The position numbers were made by a program, and so were the translations under genes. This document shows, in pieces, positions 51,252 through 64,000 of a stretch of DNA of 64,000 nucleotides (positions are counted from its first letter, which is position 1; every line of letters starts with the position of its first letter). The stretch spans positions 57,040,001 through 57,104,000 of the forward strand of contig OX597815.1 in assembly GCA_951406725.2 (NCBI GenBank). Reading direction: 5' to 3'. Origin of the DNA: Octopus vulgaris. Taxonomy: Eukaryota. The notes under the pieces were generated by a model, which did no database searches, was not told the DNA's origin, and saw nothing but the letters and a program-made list of their open reading frames with translations.

Positions 51252-52350
51252 CAGACATGCAGGAAGTAAATAGACACCTTTAATTTTCAAAATCTTTTAT
51301 TTAATATGCAAAGCGAACAATTGAAGTGTAACTACATACATTAGTATTTAGTTGACATCCCCATTGCAGTTTTTAATTCAGAAACTCTTTTTGGCATTGA
51401 ACTGATGAGCTTTGTGATTGTCTCTTGTGGAATTTCTGCCCACTTTTCATGCAACAATCAAAACAATTCATCTTTAGATTTAGGTTTCTGTCGAGTTTTT
51501 CATATAGCTCTATCTAGTATGCTCCAAAGATTTTCAATTGGATTCATGCTAGGAGATTGGCTCGGCCAAGGGAGCTTTTTGATTCCATTTTCAGTCAGCC
51601 ATTGTTGATTTCTTTTTGCTGTGTGGCATGGATCCCCATTTTCCATGAATAAAACTCATTTTTCATTATGTTATCGTGTGAATACATCGGAAGTAGTCCT
51701 TGTTTAAGTATTTCGATGTATTTTTCAGAGTTTATGGTTCCAACACATTCGATCAGCTCAGAATCACCATTGCTGGTGACAGCTCCTCATACCATTACAG
51801 AGATACTGCCATGTTTCACAGTTAGTTGGAGTTGTTTCACATCAAATTCGTGATTGAGAAGCCTCCAGACCCAAACATATCCCCTGTCTAAAAATAATGC
51901 AAATCTAGGTTCATCTGAGAAAATCACTCTATCCCAAAATGTACTGGATTTTTCTGACATCTCCTTAGCCCATTTCTTTCTTTTCATGATATTAATTGGC
52001 TGAAGAGCTGCTCGTCCATAATACCCAAGCTTATGCAGATATGTAACACATGTTCTAAGCCTTTGAATGGGGTTCATTTTCCACAATTCTCTTCAAACAG
52101 CAAAGCTTTCTTTCCGAGGGCCCAGGTCAGCCAGGACGAGACTCTGTTGAATCTTTTCCTTGGCTTTTGAATTGCACTATAATTCTATTAACAGTTGCAA
52201 GAGGAATTTGAAGATTTTCAGCAATTTTTCACTGGCTAACACCTGAAAGTGTAGCCTGTGTTGTGTATGTTTCAAAAGATAGTTGCTCACCTGCTAATCA
52301 TTGAAACGTGAAGGAAATTACTTAATGCACTTTATATGTACACTTTAATA
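51252..52350 (-). mobile_element. Decayed Tc1 transposon
   Basis: WDRVIFSDEPRF, TVKHG..VMV and WPSQSPSMNPIENLW motifs. Confidence 0.85.
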
Positions 52351-52383
52351 ATTTATGCACAATTTTATAGACTTAATACACAG

Positions 52384-52414
<31 letters not shown>

Positions 52415-52604
52415 ACTCTTTGCTTTACCCTCTTTTTCTCTCCTTTTTCTTTCACTCTTCACCTTTCCCTTCAACTAATTGTGTGAAAGCATTGCAGACA
52501 GGCTAAGTAATAGAGAAAAAGATACTTAGTTAAAAAAAACACATTTCACACACCACAACCTCTCCCTCCCCCATCACTTCCTCTCTGTTCCATGAATTGA
52601 CTGT

Positions 52605-55050
52605 AAATATAGTGATGAATTTAGTGTACAAGCTGTAGTTCACCAGGGATCAGTTCTTAGTCCACTCTTATTCATCATAATCCTCCAGAGGAAATTAAAA
52701 CTAGATGCCCATGAGAACTACTGTATACTGATGACCTTACTCTTATTGCAGAATCTGTAGCAGAATTGGAGAAGAAATTCCAGGTATGGAAGTAAAACCT
52801 GGAATTAAAGGCATTAAACTTATCCTAGCAAAGACCAAAGTTGTTGTTAGCAAGAAAACAGATAAGACTCTCTTTCCGTCAGGTAACTGGCCCTGCTCAA
52901 TATATAGGAAAGGAATTGGAAGTAATTCCATTCTCTACACCCTGTGTAAACTATGGACTCATAAGAGGTGCAGCGAAATCAGAAGTAGATTAATAGATAA
53001 AATGGCAGATGTGCAGGAACAATAAGCACTAAGGACACATAGGAATTAGACTCTTTCAAATGTTCAAGGGACTTCCATTACCTAGGTAACCAAATTAGTA
53101 ATGGTGGAGGATGTTCTGAAAGTATTGTTTCTAGAATAAGAATAGGATAAAAGTTCAGAGAGAAAGGTAGATTGTATGATGCTTGTGTAAGAATGGCTAC
53201 ACTCCACGGTAGTGGACATGGGGTCTGAATGCAGAAGACATGCATAGACTAGAGAGGAATGAAGGCAGTATGCCCCATTGGATGTACAACAAGGTGCAAA
53301 TGAGTTGAGAGAAAAGTTGGGCATATGAGGGGGTACTCCAAAATAACCAAAAATGTTTTTGGTGGGACAAGCCCATTGTTGTTCAGGCTTCCACCTCTAG
53401 AAGCCACTTGATGTGACCCTCAAGTATCAGTCTGCCAAATGTGTAGTCATACATTGTGTGTCTTTGTTTTGCCACCATCTATCTATCTCTGTTCATTGAT
53501 TTTTGTGATGGCTGAAACAAAAGAACAGTGTACTTCCATGAAATTATGTTTTCTACCGGGGAAAACAGTGGCCAAAACAGTTGTCATATTTCAAACAGCT
53601 TACAGGGATGCTACCATGAGTAAAACACAAGTTTACAAATGGTCTTCACACTTTAGGAATGGTCACTTATCACTTGAAGACCAACCTTGTTCTGGACGGC
53701 TGTCAACCTCCCAAACAAATGAAAACATCTCGGAGGACCATCACTGAACAATTGACAAACTTGTTGATATAACTGGTGTGTCCTGGAACTCCTGCCAATA
53801 AATTGTGAATGAAAAGAGTTGCAGCAAAATTTGTGTTTTTCTTGCTCATGGAAGATCAAAAGCAGTCATGACTGAATGCAGTTGTAAATTGATCTGGACC
53901 TTTTTTCGAAGGTCATCACTGGTGATGAAAGCTGGTGCTATGGAATTAGCAGATGTGGAAGGGATAAACAAAAAACAATGGAGGTATTAAAAAGCATCAC
54001 TTCACAAGACTTCCAGTACTGCTTCAAATAGTGGAAAACACACCTAGACCAATGCATTGCTTCAAATGGAGAATACTTTGAAGGCAATAAAAGTGTAAAC
54101 ATGTAAAACTAAGTGAATAAAATAATATTGCAAAATTCTGGTTTCTTTTGAGTAGCCCTCATAAAGGGAATCAAAGGCAGCCTGCAAGAAAGAAGACTAT
54201 CTTGGTTCGGGTACTATGATACATATCAATGAAGATAGCTGTATAAAGAAGTGCAGATCACTGAATGTGGATGGCACTTGTGGAAGAGGGAAACTGAGGA
54301 AGACATGGGATAATGTAATGAGGACCAATCTCAGGATGTTGGGCCTCATGGAGGAGATGACAATGGACCAAGATGTCTAGTGATGAGATTCTTGAAAAGA
54401 CCTACATACTTTAGTGAAACTGAGTTCTGGAAGTACTGTGTATTCTGCCCACATATAACAATAAAACTTTTCATACACCCTACTCTAACAAACCAAATTG
54501 CATCTCTTCTCTTCCTCACATTTCCTCTTTTTCATGCACTATGCTTATGTTTACCTCTTGCTCCCCAATCCTGTCCTTACCACTCTGTTCACTGCATCAT
54601 TGCTATCCTGTTGTCCCCCACCCTCTCTGTATACCCAGGTTTCACCAACCCTCACACTCTTTGTATTTATGTGAAGTCTCTACTCCTTACTCATGCACCT
54701 TTGGCAATACCCTACTATCTATATTCTGACCCCTGCACCTTTATGGAATTTCCCGGCATTTCTCCACCATCTATCTATCTCTTGCTCTACTCTACCCTCC
54801 CATTTATAATCTGATCCCCATTCCTTGTGTGTATGCCCTGGTACTTTGCCATCATGTCTCTCCTGCTCTCTCTTGAACTCTTGCTCTCTTCCACTCTCTC
54901 TCGCTTTCTCTTGCTCTTTCCCTCTGACTGAATAACCATGTATCGTATTTATAACTCTTTATGAGATCAAGCAAGATTATGCTTCAGTATTTCTCCCTCC
55001 ATTTACTTCCTTGTATTTCCCCATACACTCCACTCCCAGATCCAGGCCCC
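52605..55050 (+). mobile_element. Decayed RTE LINE interrupted by a mariner
   Basis: HQGSVLSPLLF and PHD remnant; LREKLGI|KGIK rejoins across the insertion; CT-rich UTR. Confidence 0.85.
53326..54161 (+). mobile_element. Internally deleted mariner
   Basis: TA at 53324-25 and 54162-63; TIRs tgagggggtactccaaa and rc tgagggctactcaaaa; HTH region QVYKW..FRNG..LED.PCSGR; ITGDESW. Confidence 0.87.
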
Positions 55051-55307
55051 TTAACGTGTTCCTCTTTATAAACTTGATGCTAACCTAAAATCTTCACTCT
55101 CTGACAAAACTTGAGTCAGTAGAGTCAAGCAACACTATCTACTTGTTCTTGAGATGTTCAAAATGTTTAATACTTACCTGTATTCACCCAATGAAAATGA
55201 GTTGTTTTTGCATGTTGTAACACTTCTGTTCATCAATAAAAACATGTCTGAAACAGCTGTAGTGAACCACAATTCATTTTTTGTTATTTGTTATATATAT
55301 ATGTATG

Positions 55308-55339
<32 letters not shown>

Positions 55340-55342
<3 letters not shown>

Positions 55343-57810
55343 CAGTGTGGTATACAGCCTGTCACTCACATAGTTAATCAGGTTATTGTTATTCAAGAAG
55401 GTGTCATCCCCAAAGAGTGGTGTAGCACTATTGTTGTTAGCTGTTACAAGGGTAAAGGTGATGCCTTAGAAACAACTACAGAGGTATCAAGCTGCTGGAC
55501 CAGTTCATGAAAATTACTGAGAGTGTTGCATCTCAACTGATTAGGGATAGAATTAAGCTACATGAGATGCAGTTTGGTTTTGTTCCAGGGAGAAATATCA
55601 CAGATGCCATCTTCATAGTGAGACAGTTTCAAGAAAAGTATTTGGCCTAAAGTAAACTTGTACTTAGCCTTCGTCGACCTGGAGAAAGCTTTTGACAGGG
55701 TTCCCTGCTCTCTTATCTGGTGGTCTCTAAGGAAGCTAGGAGTAGAGGAGTGGCTTGTTAAAACTGTTCAAGCCACGCACAATGATGCTGTCAGTAAGGT
55801 GAGAGTCGGCCTTGAATACAGTGATGAATTTAGTGTACATGTTGGAGTTCACCATTGATCAGTTCTTAGTCCACTTTTATTCATCATAGTTCTCCAGGCC
55901 ATAACAGAGGAATTCAAAACTGGATGCCCATGGGAATTATTATATGTTGATGATCTTGCTCTTATTGGGGAATCTGAAGCAGAATTGGAGAGATTCTGGG
56001 TCTGGAAGCAAAACCTTAAAGTTAACTTAGCAATGACTAAAGTTGTTGTTAGCAAGAAAATGAATAAAACTCTCCTTCCATCAGATAAATGGCCCTGCTT
56101 AATTTGTAGGAAAGGAGTGGGACATAATTCCATTTGCTGCACCAAGTGTAAGCTATGGATGCATTACTTATGCATTGGAATCATAGATAGGTTAACAGGT
56201 AAGGTCACAGATGCACTGGAACAATAAGAACTAAGTGCACACAGGACTTAGACTCTCTCAAATTCCAAGGAGGCTGTATTGAGGTTAGTAGTTAGTTTCT
56301 GCTATTTAGGTGACCAAATTAGTAAAGGTGGTGGATTTTCTGAAAATATTGTTTCTAGAATAAGAATAGGATGGAGGAAGTTCAGAGAGCTACTACCTCT
56401 GTTGGTAGCAAGAGCACTCTCTCTCAGAGTGAAAGGCAGATTGTATGATGTCTGTGTGTGAGAAGCTATATTAGATGGTAGTGAGACATGAACTATGACT
56501 GCAGAGGACATGTGTAGACTGGAGAGGAATGAAGGTAGTACACGCTGTTGAATTTGCAACATGAGTGTGCATGACTGACAAAGCACAACTGTGTTGAGAG
56601 AAAAATTAGGCATAAGAGGGATTAAATGTGGCATACAAGAGAGGAGAATGCATTGGTTTGGACATGTGATGTATATGTGTGAAGACAGCTGTATAAAGAA
56701 GTGTCTGTCACTGAAAGTGGATGGTACCTGTGGAAGAGGGAGACCCAGGAAGACATTGGATGAAATGGTGAGAACTGATCTTAGGATGTTGGAGCTTACA
56801 AAGGAAATGACAATGGACCAAGATGTTTGGTGATATGAGGTTCTTGAGAAGTCCCACCCACATCAGCGAAACTGAGTGTTAGAAGTGTTGTGTCTCACCC
56901 ACATATAACAACAAACTTTTCACACATCCTACCCCCAAAAACCGAACTACAACTCCCCTTCTAAACAACATCTTTCTTTTCCTCACATTTCCTCTTCATA
57001 AATTATGATTGTCTTCCAATCCCCTTTCTTGCCCTCCACCCAGGTTTTCACCAGTCACTACAATCCTCACTCCCTACTTGCACCTTCTTGGCAACACCTG
57101 ACCACGTTTTTACATCTTTTCTTTACATCTATGTTCTGATCCTTGTTACTTGTCAGTATACCTTGGCACTTCACCATCTCTCTCCTGTTCTCACATTTTT
57201 GCTGTTTCCTACTCTCTCTTTCCCTCTGGCTGGGTAACCACATATCTCCTCTACAGCAGCACACCTATTTTAGTCCTGATTCTTGGTCTCTCTCTCTCTC
57301 TCTTTTTCTCCCCCTATCTCTCTCTCTGGGTAACCATGTACCTCCTCTATAGCAAGGCACCTATTTCTGCCTCCCTAATTCTCTGTCACACCCTAACCTT
57401 TCATCTTCTGATACTGGATCACCTCCTCCATTGCCACCTCTGTTATAGCAAGACACCTTCGGCCCTTTTAATCTTTCATCCTCTGACTTGAGTTCCCCTC
57501 CTCAAATGCCCCTGCCCCTCTCATAATTCCTTGTCTTGCAAGTTACTTAGTGACCCTGCTAGTGCTGGTGCCATGTAAAAAGTATCCAGTCCTCACTGTA
57601 AAGTGGTTGGCAAACTAACTGCACTTGTGCTAGTGTCACATAAAAAGCACTGAGTTCACTCTGCAGAGTGGTTGGGGTTTTAAAAGGCCTTAAAACCCCT
57701 GCCAAAACAGACACAGTAGCATAGGGTAGATTTTCTACCTGGCCAGCTCCTGTGAACCATCCTACCCATGCATGCATGGAAGATGGATGTTAAACAATGA
57801 TGATAATGAT
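55340..57810 (+). mobile_element. Decayed RTE LINE
   Basis: YLAFVDLEKAFDRVP, YVDDL, PHD, FCYLGD and RGRPRKT; long CT-rich UTR; gat tail. Confidence 0.9.
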
Positions 57811-58536
57811 GATATATATATAGTGTGGTTGTGTGGTAAGAAGCTTGCATGCAGTATCTGGGCATGTGCGGTTATATTAAGGACACAGTCTCTAACTAAT
57901 GTGATTGGGTCTTAGACATCATAAATTAGTAGATTAATGTACATGCGATATTTTCGTTTGTAATCAATGGCTGAAAAATATTTATATGGGCTTCATCTAT
58001 GCTTAGAAGGAAGACTTTGATACTGAAGCTAAAAGAAAATAGTTGAATAGTTGTTCAGGATTTAACATGTTTTAGCATATTTTTCATAATAAACATAGTG
58101 CATTCCAAGCAGTTTTCATCCCAACAAATTGAACGTATGGTACTATGGGAACAGGCTGTTATTGCTACCACGTAGACAATGCAGTTTGAAGTCTACATTG
58201 GTTAATCCATTTAATACAACCTACTTATATCATTTCAGTAGCTGTTTTTCCCAGTTTGAACAGAAGCAAGGTGTGGACCATGCGAGCAATCATATGTACC
58301 CCCAGGAAAGGGGAGTTTTCTACTCCCAGGGGCCCCATTACTCATTATGTGAAAAATTTTAAGAGTTTAGAACCATCTTTGGAACATAAGTAATGTATGT
58401 TCCCAATCAGTTGCAAACTTCAGAAGTTCTGTGGATTTACACACACACACACACAGACACACATACACAAACATATCTTCAGTTTTATGTACATGATATA
58501 AAATATGTCAAATCCTGAACAACTAACTATTCAACT

Positions 58537-58800
58537 GGCAAGAGAGTTTGTTTGTGGAAAATGTGAGATAGGAGCTGGAGGGCTGGTGGAACCAGTGTAA
58601 ATGTTATGTGATGAGGTGGAAACAGTGAGAAGATTTTGTTATTTGGGAGATAGGTTGGATGTAAGTGGAGGATGTGAAGCAGCTGTGACTGCAAGAGCAA
58701 GACTTAGCTGGGTGAAGTTCAGAGAATGTGGAGTGTTGTTATATGGTAAAAGGTTGTCATTGAAGATGAAAAGAAGGGTCTATAGGGGCTGCATGAGAGC
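58537..58800 (+). mobile_element. Divergent RTE fragment
   Basis: FVCGKC..VETVRRFCYLGDRLDVSGGCEAAVTARARLSWVKFRE. Confidence 0.75.
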
Positions 58801-60470
58801 TGGTTTGATAATTTTTGTTGCAGCTGGTTTGATAATTTCAAGAAGAGGGCCAGTGTTCATAGTGGAGAAGCAGTGAGTTCTGACACAAAGGCAGCTGAGG
58901 ATTTTGTGCATGAATTTCATCAGCTCACCACAGTCAAGGGATACATTACACAACAAGTATTCAACTGTGATGAAACTTACCTATTTTGGAAAAAAAAATG
59001 CTCAGAAGAACCTACATAACTACAGAGGAGAAGAAAATACCAGGCCACAAGCCTATGAAAGATAAGCTAACTCCCACCCTTTGTGCTAATGTGAGTGGAG
59101 ATTGGAGGACTAAACTGCACCTTGTCTACCATTCCCAAAACCCATGAATGTTCAACTCACACGAAATCCTGAAAGAGAAGCTGCAGGTCATGTGGAGGGC
59201 AAACATTAAGACCTGGGTCACCAGGCAATTCTTCACTGAGTGGGTCAACTTTGTCTTCAGGCCAGCAATGAAAAAGTACCTTCTAGAGAACAATCTTCCT
59301 CTCAAGGCCCTCCTTGTCTTTGACAATGCTCCTGCTCACCCTCCTAACCTCAAAGATGATACTCTGACTGAACTTAAATTCATAAAAGTTCTGTACCTTT
59401 CATGCAACACCACCCCTATCCTGCAGCCCATAGACCAACAGGTAATTTCTAATTTTAAGAAATTATACACCAAACACCTGTTTTGTCAGTGCTTTGAAGT
59501 CACCAAAAATACAAATCTAACCCTTTGTGAGTTTTGGAAGGAGCACTATAACATTGTTAACTGCCTGAAAATCATCAATATGGCCAGGCAGGGTGTAATA
59601 AGGAGAATGCTGAATTTTGCATGGTGGAAGCTGTGGCCTGACTGCGTATCCAAAAGAGACTTCAAAGGGTTTGAGTCTGAGACACTTGTAGTTGAGGAAA
59701 TAGTATCTCTTGGTAAGTCCATGGGCCTTGAGTTTGACGATGGGGACATTAACGATCTCATCAAGAAACACTCAGAGGAGCTGATGATAGATGAACTGCA
59801 GTTTCAAGAGTAGCAGCATTCAGTTGCAGTGGAAGAGATTGGTTCCCTGGAGGAGGACATTGTAATGGAGAAGGTTATCTCTATGAGTGACTAAAGTCAG
59901 TATTGGCAAAGTGGCAGTATGTTCCTGAATTTGTAGAAAAAAAATCATCCTGGAAAAATATCTACAGGTCGTGCAGCTGCTTTATTTAATAACACTGCTC
60001 TGGTACATTTCCGTAACATTTTGAAAGGCAGGAGAAAGCAGATTTCTCTTGATATGTTTCTAAGGAAATGCCATGCAAGTGTGAAAAGTGAAGAAAGTCT
60101 GTTCAAAAAGCCTAAAGTAAATGAAGTGAGAGAGAAAATACCAGAAATCGTTAATGAAAGTCTTAATGAAAGGAGGGTCTCCTTTAAATAATAATCCTTC
60201 TCTCTGCTCTATTATCTTCCTCATGCACAAATCATCCCATCTTTAAGGTAATTAAATTAATGAAACCAGTTTACATATTTCTTTTGCATTCTCTTTAATT
60301 ATGTTTTTATAATTGTCACTTTCCCTGTAACTGCACCTTTGCTGTTTTAAAATCCATAGAAAATGATTTTGGGGTAGCTTGGTGCTGCTGGGATGGATTG
60401 ATTACGTTTTAATTAATTTCAATTGATTTGTAAAACAAGCTCAGTCATGGAACAAATTAAACTTGTACTG
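58800..60470 (+). mobile_element. Tigger/pogo transposon, 5'-truncated, decayed DDE_1 transposase (TIGD1-like)
   Basis: VFNCDET.LFWKK, GHKPMKDKLT, LLVFDNAPAHP and NTTPILQPIDQQVISNFK. Confidence 0.9.
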
Positions 60471-60814
60471 TGATATTTTGTTTGATTAACAATTCTCATT
60501 CTTTCCTTATTAGCTTCAACTTTGCTGTTCATTATATGACACCTTCTAACTCCATTACTTGTATTAATTTATTCCTCTCATCTTGAATTAATGCCTTCTC
60601 TCCTCCTGAATTAAAGCTTTGCATCATTGCTAATTCTCTTATCTTTATTCCAGTTTCTTATTTCTTCTTTGCTCTTTCCCCAAGTTTTCCCTGTATATTC
60701 TCTGCCCCTCTCAATTCAATTCTTACTGTCATGCTTTATGGTCATTGTTTGCCATAACACACCAAATGCTATTTTGGTAAAACAATTAAGTTAAGAAACA
60801 TTTGATATTATATA

Positions 60815-61035
60815 GTTACTAACACCCATTCTGTGGTATACCATTATACATATTTTTCAAAGGAAGTTAAGAACATGGTTATTAACATATATATAGGTAG
60901 TTGGAAAAATCCATATCTAGGATATACTGTCATACTTTTTATTGAAAAATTTTAGAACATAGTTATTTATAGGTAGTTGAGTATACCATTACACACATTT
61001 TACAAAGAAAGTTAGGAACACAGTTATTGATATAT
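60815..61035. repeat. Degenerate ~70-85 bp tandem repeat (~3 units)
   Basis: Recurring gtataccatta..cat..ttt.caaag.aagtta.gaaca..gttatt and ataggtagttg. Confidence 0.55.
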
Positions 61036-61045
61036 TGACAATTGA

Positions 61046-61200
61046 AGGCAGCAAGCTAGCAGAATCAGTGGTATGCTATTGTTTTCAATTCTACTGAGAT
61101 CAGTCTTTGTTTTTATCCTTTTGGGGTCAATAAAATAAGTATCATTTGAGCACTGGAGTTGATGAAATCAATTTGCTCCTTTGCCAAAATTGGAAACCAA
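61046..61200 (+). mobile_element. Meta-domain-like SINE relic
   Basis: atccttttggggtcaataaaataagta core. Confidence 0.6.
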
Positions 61201-61340
61201 TATATGGATAATAGAATAGATAGATGGATGGATTTTTGTTCAGTCTTCATGACAATGTTTTGCTCTTGTTAAATTGTCTGGTTGATAGTAAGAGAGAGAG
61301 AGAGAGAGAGAAAAAGTCAAACAAACATATGAATGCTAAC

Positions 61341-62893
61341 ATAGTTAAGTTAAGTTAAGTTAATTTTTTGGCTCAAAAAGCAAAAAGCAAGGCCATGTAG
61401 GGGGACATAGAGTTATGTACAGGGAGGGTGTTCATGCAAAGAGTTCAGGCCATTTCTGGTCAAGAGAGACTTTGAACCGAGCAGTCGTCAGCATCTTCAC
61501 TATCTCATCCAGCAGCTTATTCCACGGATCCGCAACCCGGACGGGGAAAGCCCCTCTCCTTCAATTGAGATGAAATCGTTGCAGATAGAGCTTTTCAGAG
61601 TGACCCCGCAGCCGACGCTCTGGAGCAAGAGTGAAGAACGGCTCTTTCGAGAGGTTACACTTTCCGCTTATGATGTTGTGAGCAAGAATGAGATCACCAC
61701 GGCGTCATCGTTTTTCTAGAGAATAAAGGTCGAGCGTCTTCAGCCTTTCTTAATAAGACAAATGCTTGAGACCAAGAACCATGCGGGTAGCCAGCTTCTG
61801 GACTCTTTTGAGATGATGTATGTCTTTGAGGAGATAAGGAGAAGAGGCTTGAATCCCGTACTCCAATATGGGTCTCACCAGTGTGACATAGAGTGGTAGG
61901 AATATGGCTGCTGTGAGCATTCCGAATGACTGTCGAATCAAAAACAGAACTCCGCATGCTTTGTTGGCAGCATGGACATACTGAGCCGAAGGCGAAAATG
62001 AAGAATCCACCAAGATACCCAGGTCCTTTACCTGGTCGGTCCTCTCCAGCAGCAGACGACCCAGCTCAAAATCAAGTTGAGTTGCAGGAGAAGAGCCAAC
62101 AGGCAGATAACAGCACTTTGACACGTTCAGACACAGGTCCCATTCGTTAGACCATCTCCAAACTTGGTGGCGGCATCGACAAAGATCATTTATATCACTG
62201 CGAGGAGCAACCAGTTTGACATCATCGGCAAATAGAAGGGTGTGTTGCGTGAGGTTGTTGGGCAAGTCATTTATGAAGACTAAAAACAATAAGAGCCCAA
62301 GCACTGAACCTTGAGGCATGCCACTGCTCGCACTGGAGACGTCGGACAGCGAACCATTAACTTGGACTTGGAAGGAGCGATCTGAGAGGAAGGCACCAAC
62401 CCATCATACAATATCCGGATGGAAACTATATGCTTGAAGCTTGACAAGTAATAGGCGGTGGTTAACCGAGTCAAAAGCTTTAGCAAAGTCCAATAAAACG
62501 ATGTCAACAGCATCACCATCATCCAGGATACGCGTCACCAATTCTTCCATTACCAGTAAGTTGGTCAAACATGATCTCTCCGGCACGAAGCCGTGTTGGG
62601 AATCAGAGATAGAGGCTGTGTTTTGGAGGTGGAGCAACATACTTTTCTTAAGGATGGTTTCGAAGTTAGTAGTTAAGTGGGTCTTCGCAGGTCCCTTTCT
62701 TGAAAATTGGGCAGATTATCGCTGTTCTCCAGTCTGCAGGTATAACACCCATCGCCAATGACATATTGAATAGAAGTGTTAAAGGTTCACAGATGACCGG
62801 AGCCAACGCTTTGATAACCTGTGGGTGTATGCCGTCAGGGCTGTGACCCTTGTTGACATAGAGGCCTTGAATAATGCGTTCGACTTCGTCCTG
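61341..62893 (-). mobile_element. CR1-clade LINE, 5'-truncated
   Basis: QHGFVPERSCLTNLL, LDFAKAFDSV, PQGSVLG, LFADDVKL, KDLGI and LVRPILEY; (TAACT)n tail. Confidence 0.92.
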
Positions 62894-63699
62894 AGTGATG
62901 AATGCACAAACACACAGTCACACAGCTAATTATTGTCTGTATGTGGATGTGTGCACTAATGAAATTTGTGTATGTGTGCATGCACATGTATGTAGCATTC
63001 GTTTGAATCTCTCCCTCTCTCTCTCTCTCCTTCCCTTTCTCTCTCCCTCTTCTCCCCTCTCTCTATCATACACTTTTACCATCCCCTTTCCACAGTGTGA
63101 CAGAATTTTTTACACCACAGGTATCGGCACAAGTTCTATATATGCAATAAGGTATCAATATAATTGGAGTCCTTTCATAAGTTTTAAGTTTTAGGTTGTA
63201 CTTTTTTTTCTTCTGGTGTATCTGTACGTTGGTTGATACAGTTCCATCATGGTCATGTATGTCACTACAGATCTTAATGTGTATCATAAAGTCACTTGTC
63301 TAAGACTCCCAGCTAACATATTCATGTCTCTCAGACTATCTCTAATTACTTTAATATTATTGCAACCCACTAGTTCTTGCTCTGCTGAGTTTATGACTTG
63401 TGACCTAGCTTTATCTGTAATTTAATAGCCTATTATCTCTATTTGTCTCTTCTATTTTTTTAATTTGTGTTACTCTTGTTTTTTTTTTGTTTTATCTTTA
63501 TCCTCATCATTTTTTTACTCTTATTTTTATATCTTTCTCTTATCTTGCTTTTATTCATTCATTTCTGTGTTCTTACAATTACTATTTTTTATATATATAT
63601 ATATTTATCTTTTATTATTTGTGTGTATGTATGTGTGTGTGTGTGTATCAGTGTATGTGTGTGTGTGTGTGTGTGTACAGCATATATTTCAGCAGCATC

Positions 63700-64000
63700 T
63701 TATCATCATCATTTAATATCAGTGTTCCATGCTGGCATAGGTTGACAGTAGTCAATGCATCCAAAGACTACATCATACTCTAATGTCTGTTTTAGTCTGG
63801 TTTTTATGGTTGGAATGCCTTCCTCATGCCAAACATTTACTTCACAGCATGCTGAGTGCTTTATATCATGGTGCTAACACTAGTGAAGGTACCACATTGC
63901 TTGCAAGACTAAACCCCTCTTTGAGTGACAGCTTCATGGTAGAAGGTGAGGGGTTAAAGTGTGAGAGAAGGATTCAGAACAAAAAGGTTTCTTGCTGTAG
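63700..64000 (-). mobile_element. Old RTE 3' end
   Basis: atcatcatcatttaa..ttccatgctggcat matches other RTE tails in the window. Confidence 0.7.

Overview
AT-rich, repeat-saturated animal DNA, most likely an octopod/coleoid cephalopod (inferred from the SINE, RTE and Penelope repertoire), with a 100-N gap at 20971-21070. No long intact host ORF, rRNA, tRNA or CRISPR was found. Most of the window looks like intron or flank of a small-exon + strand gene. Five phase-compatible exons (2388-2433, 3532-3576, 25400-25518, 27167-27250, 39422-39557) join into a ~141-aa hydrophilic protein of unknown identity. Between them lie exon-like segments with good splice sites but broken frames. The rest is transposable elements. 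Retroelements: many RTE LINEs with a PHD finger inserted inside the RT, a near-full-length Dong/R4 element in (TAA)n, CR1/L2 and I-group fragments, tRNA-derived SINEs, and a Penelope-like fragment with a hammerhead ribozyme. DNA elements: Charlie-type hAT, piggyBac-type MITEs, mariner/Tc1/Tigger, Chapaev3, a Merlin-type element and a Helitron. Highlights are two multi-level TE nests (27477-30900 and 44400-49412), the hammerhead at 46051-46137, and five long local inverted duplications that would form dsRNA hairpins. All calls come from reading the sequence by eye. No database search was run, and boundaries without a stated TSD are approximate.
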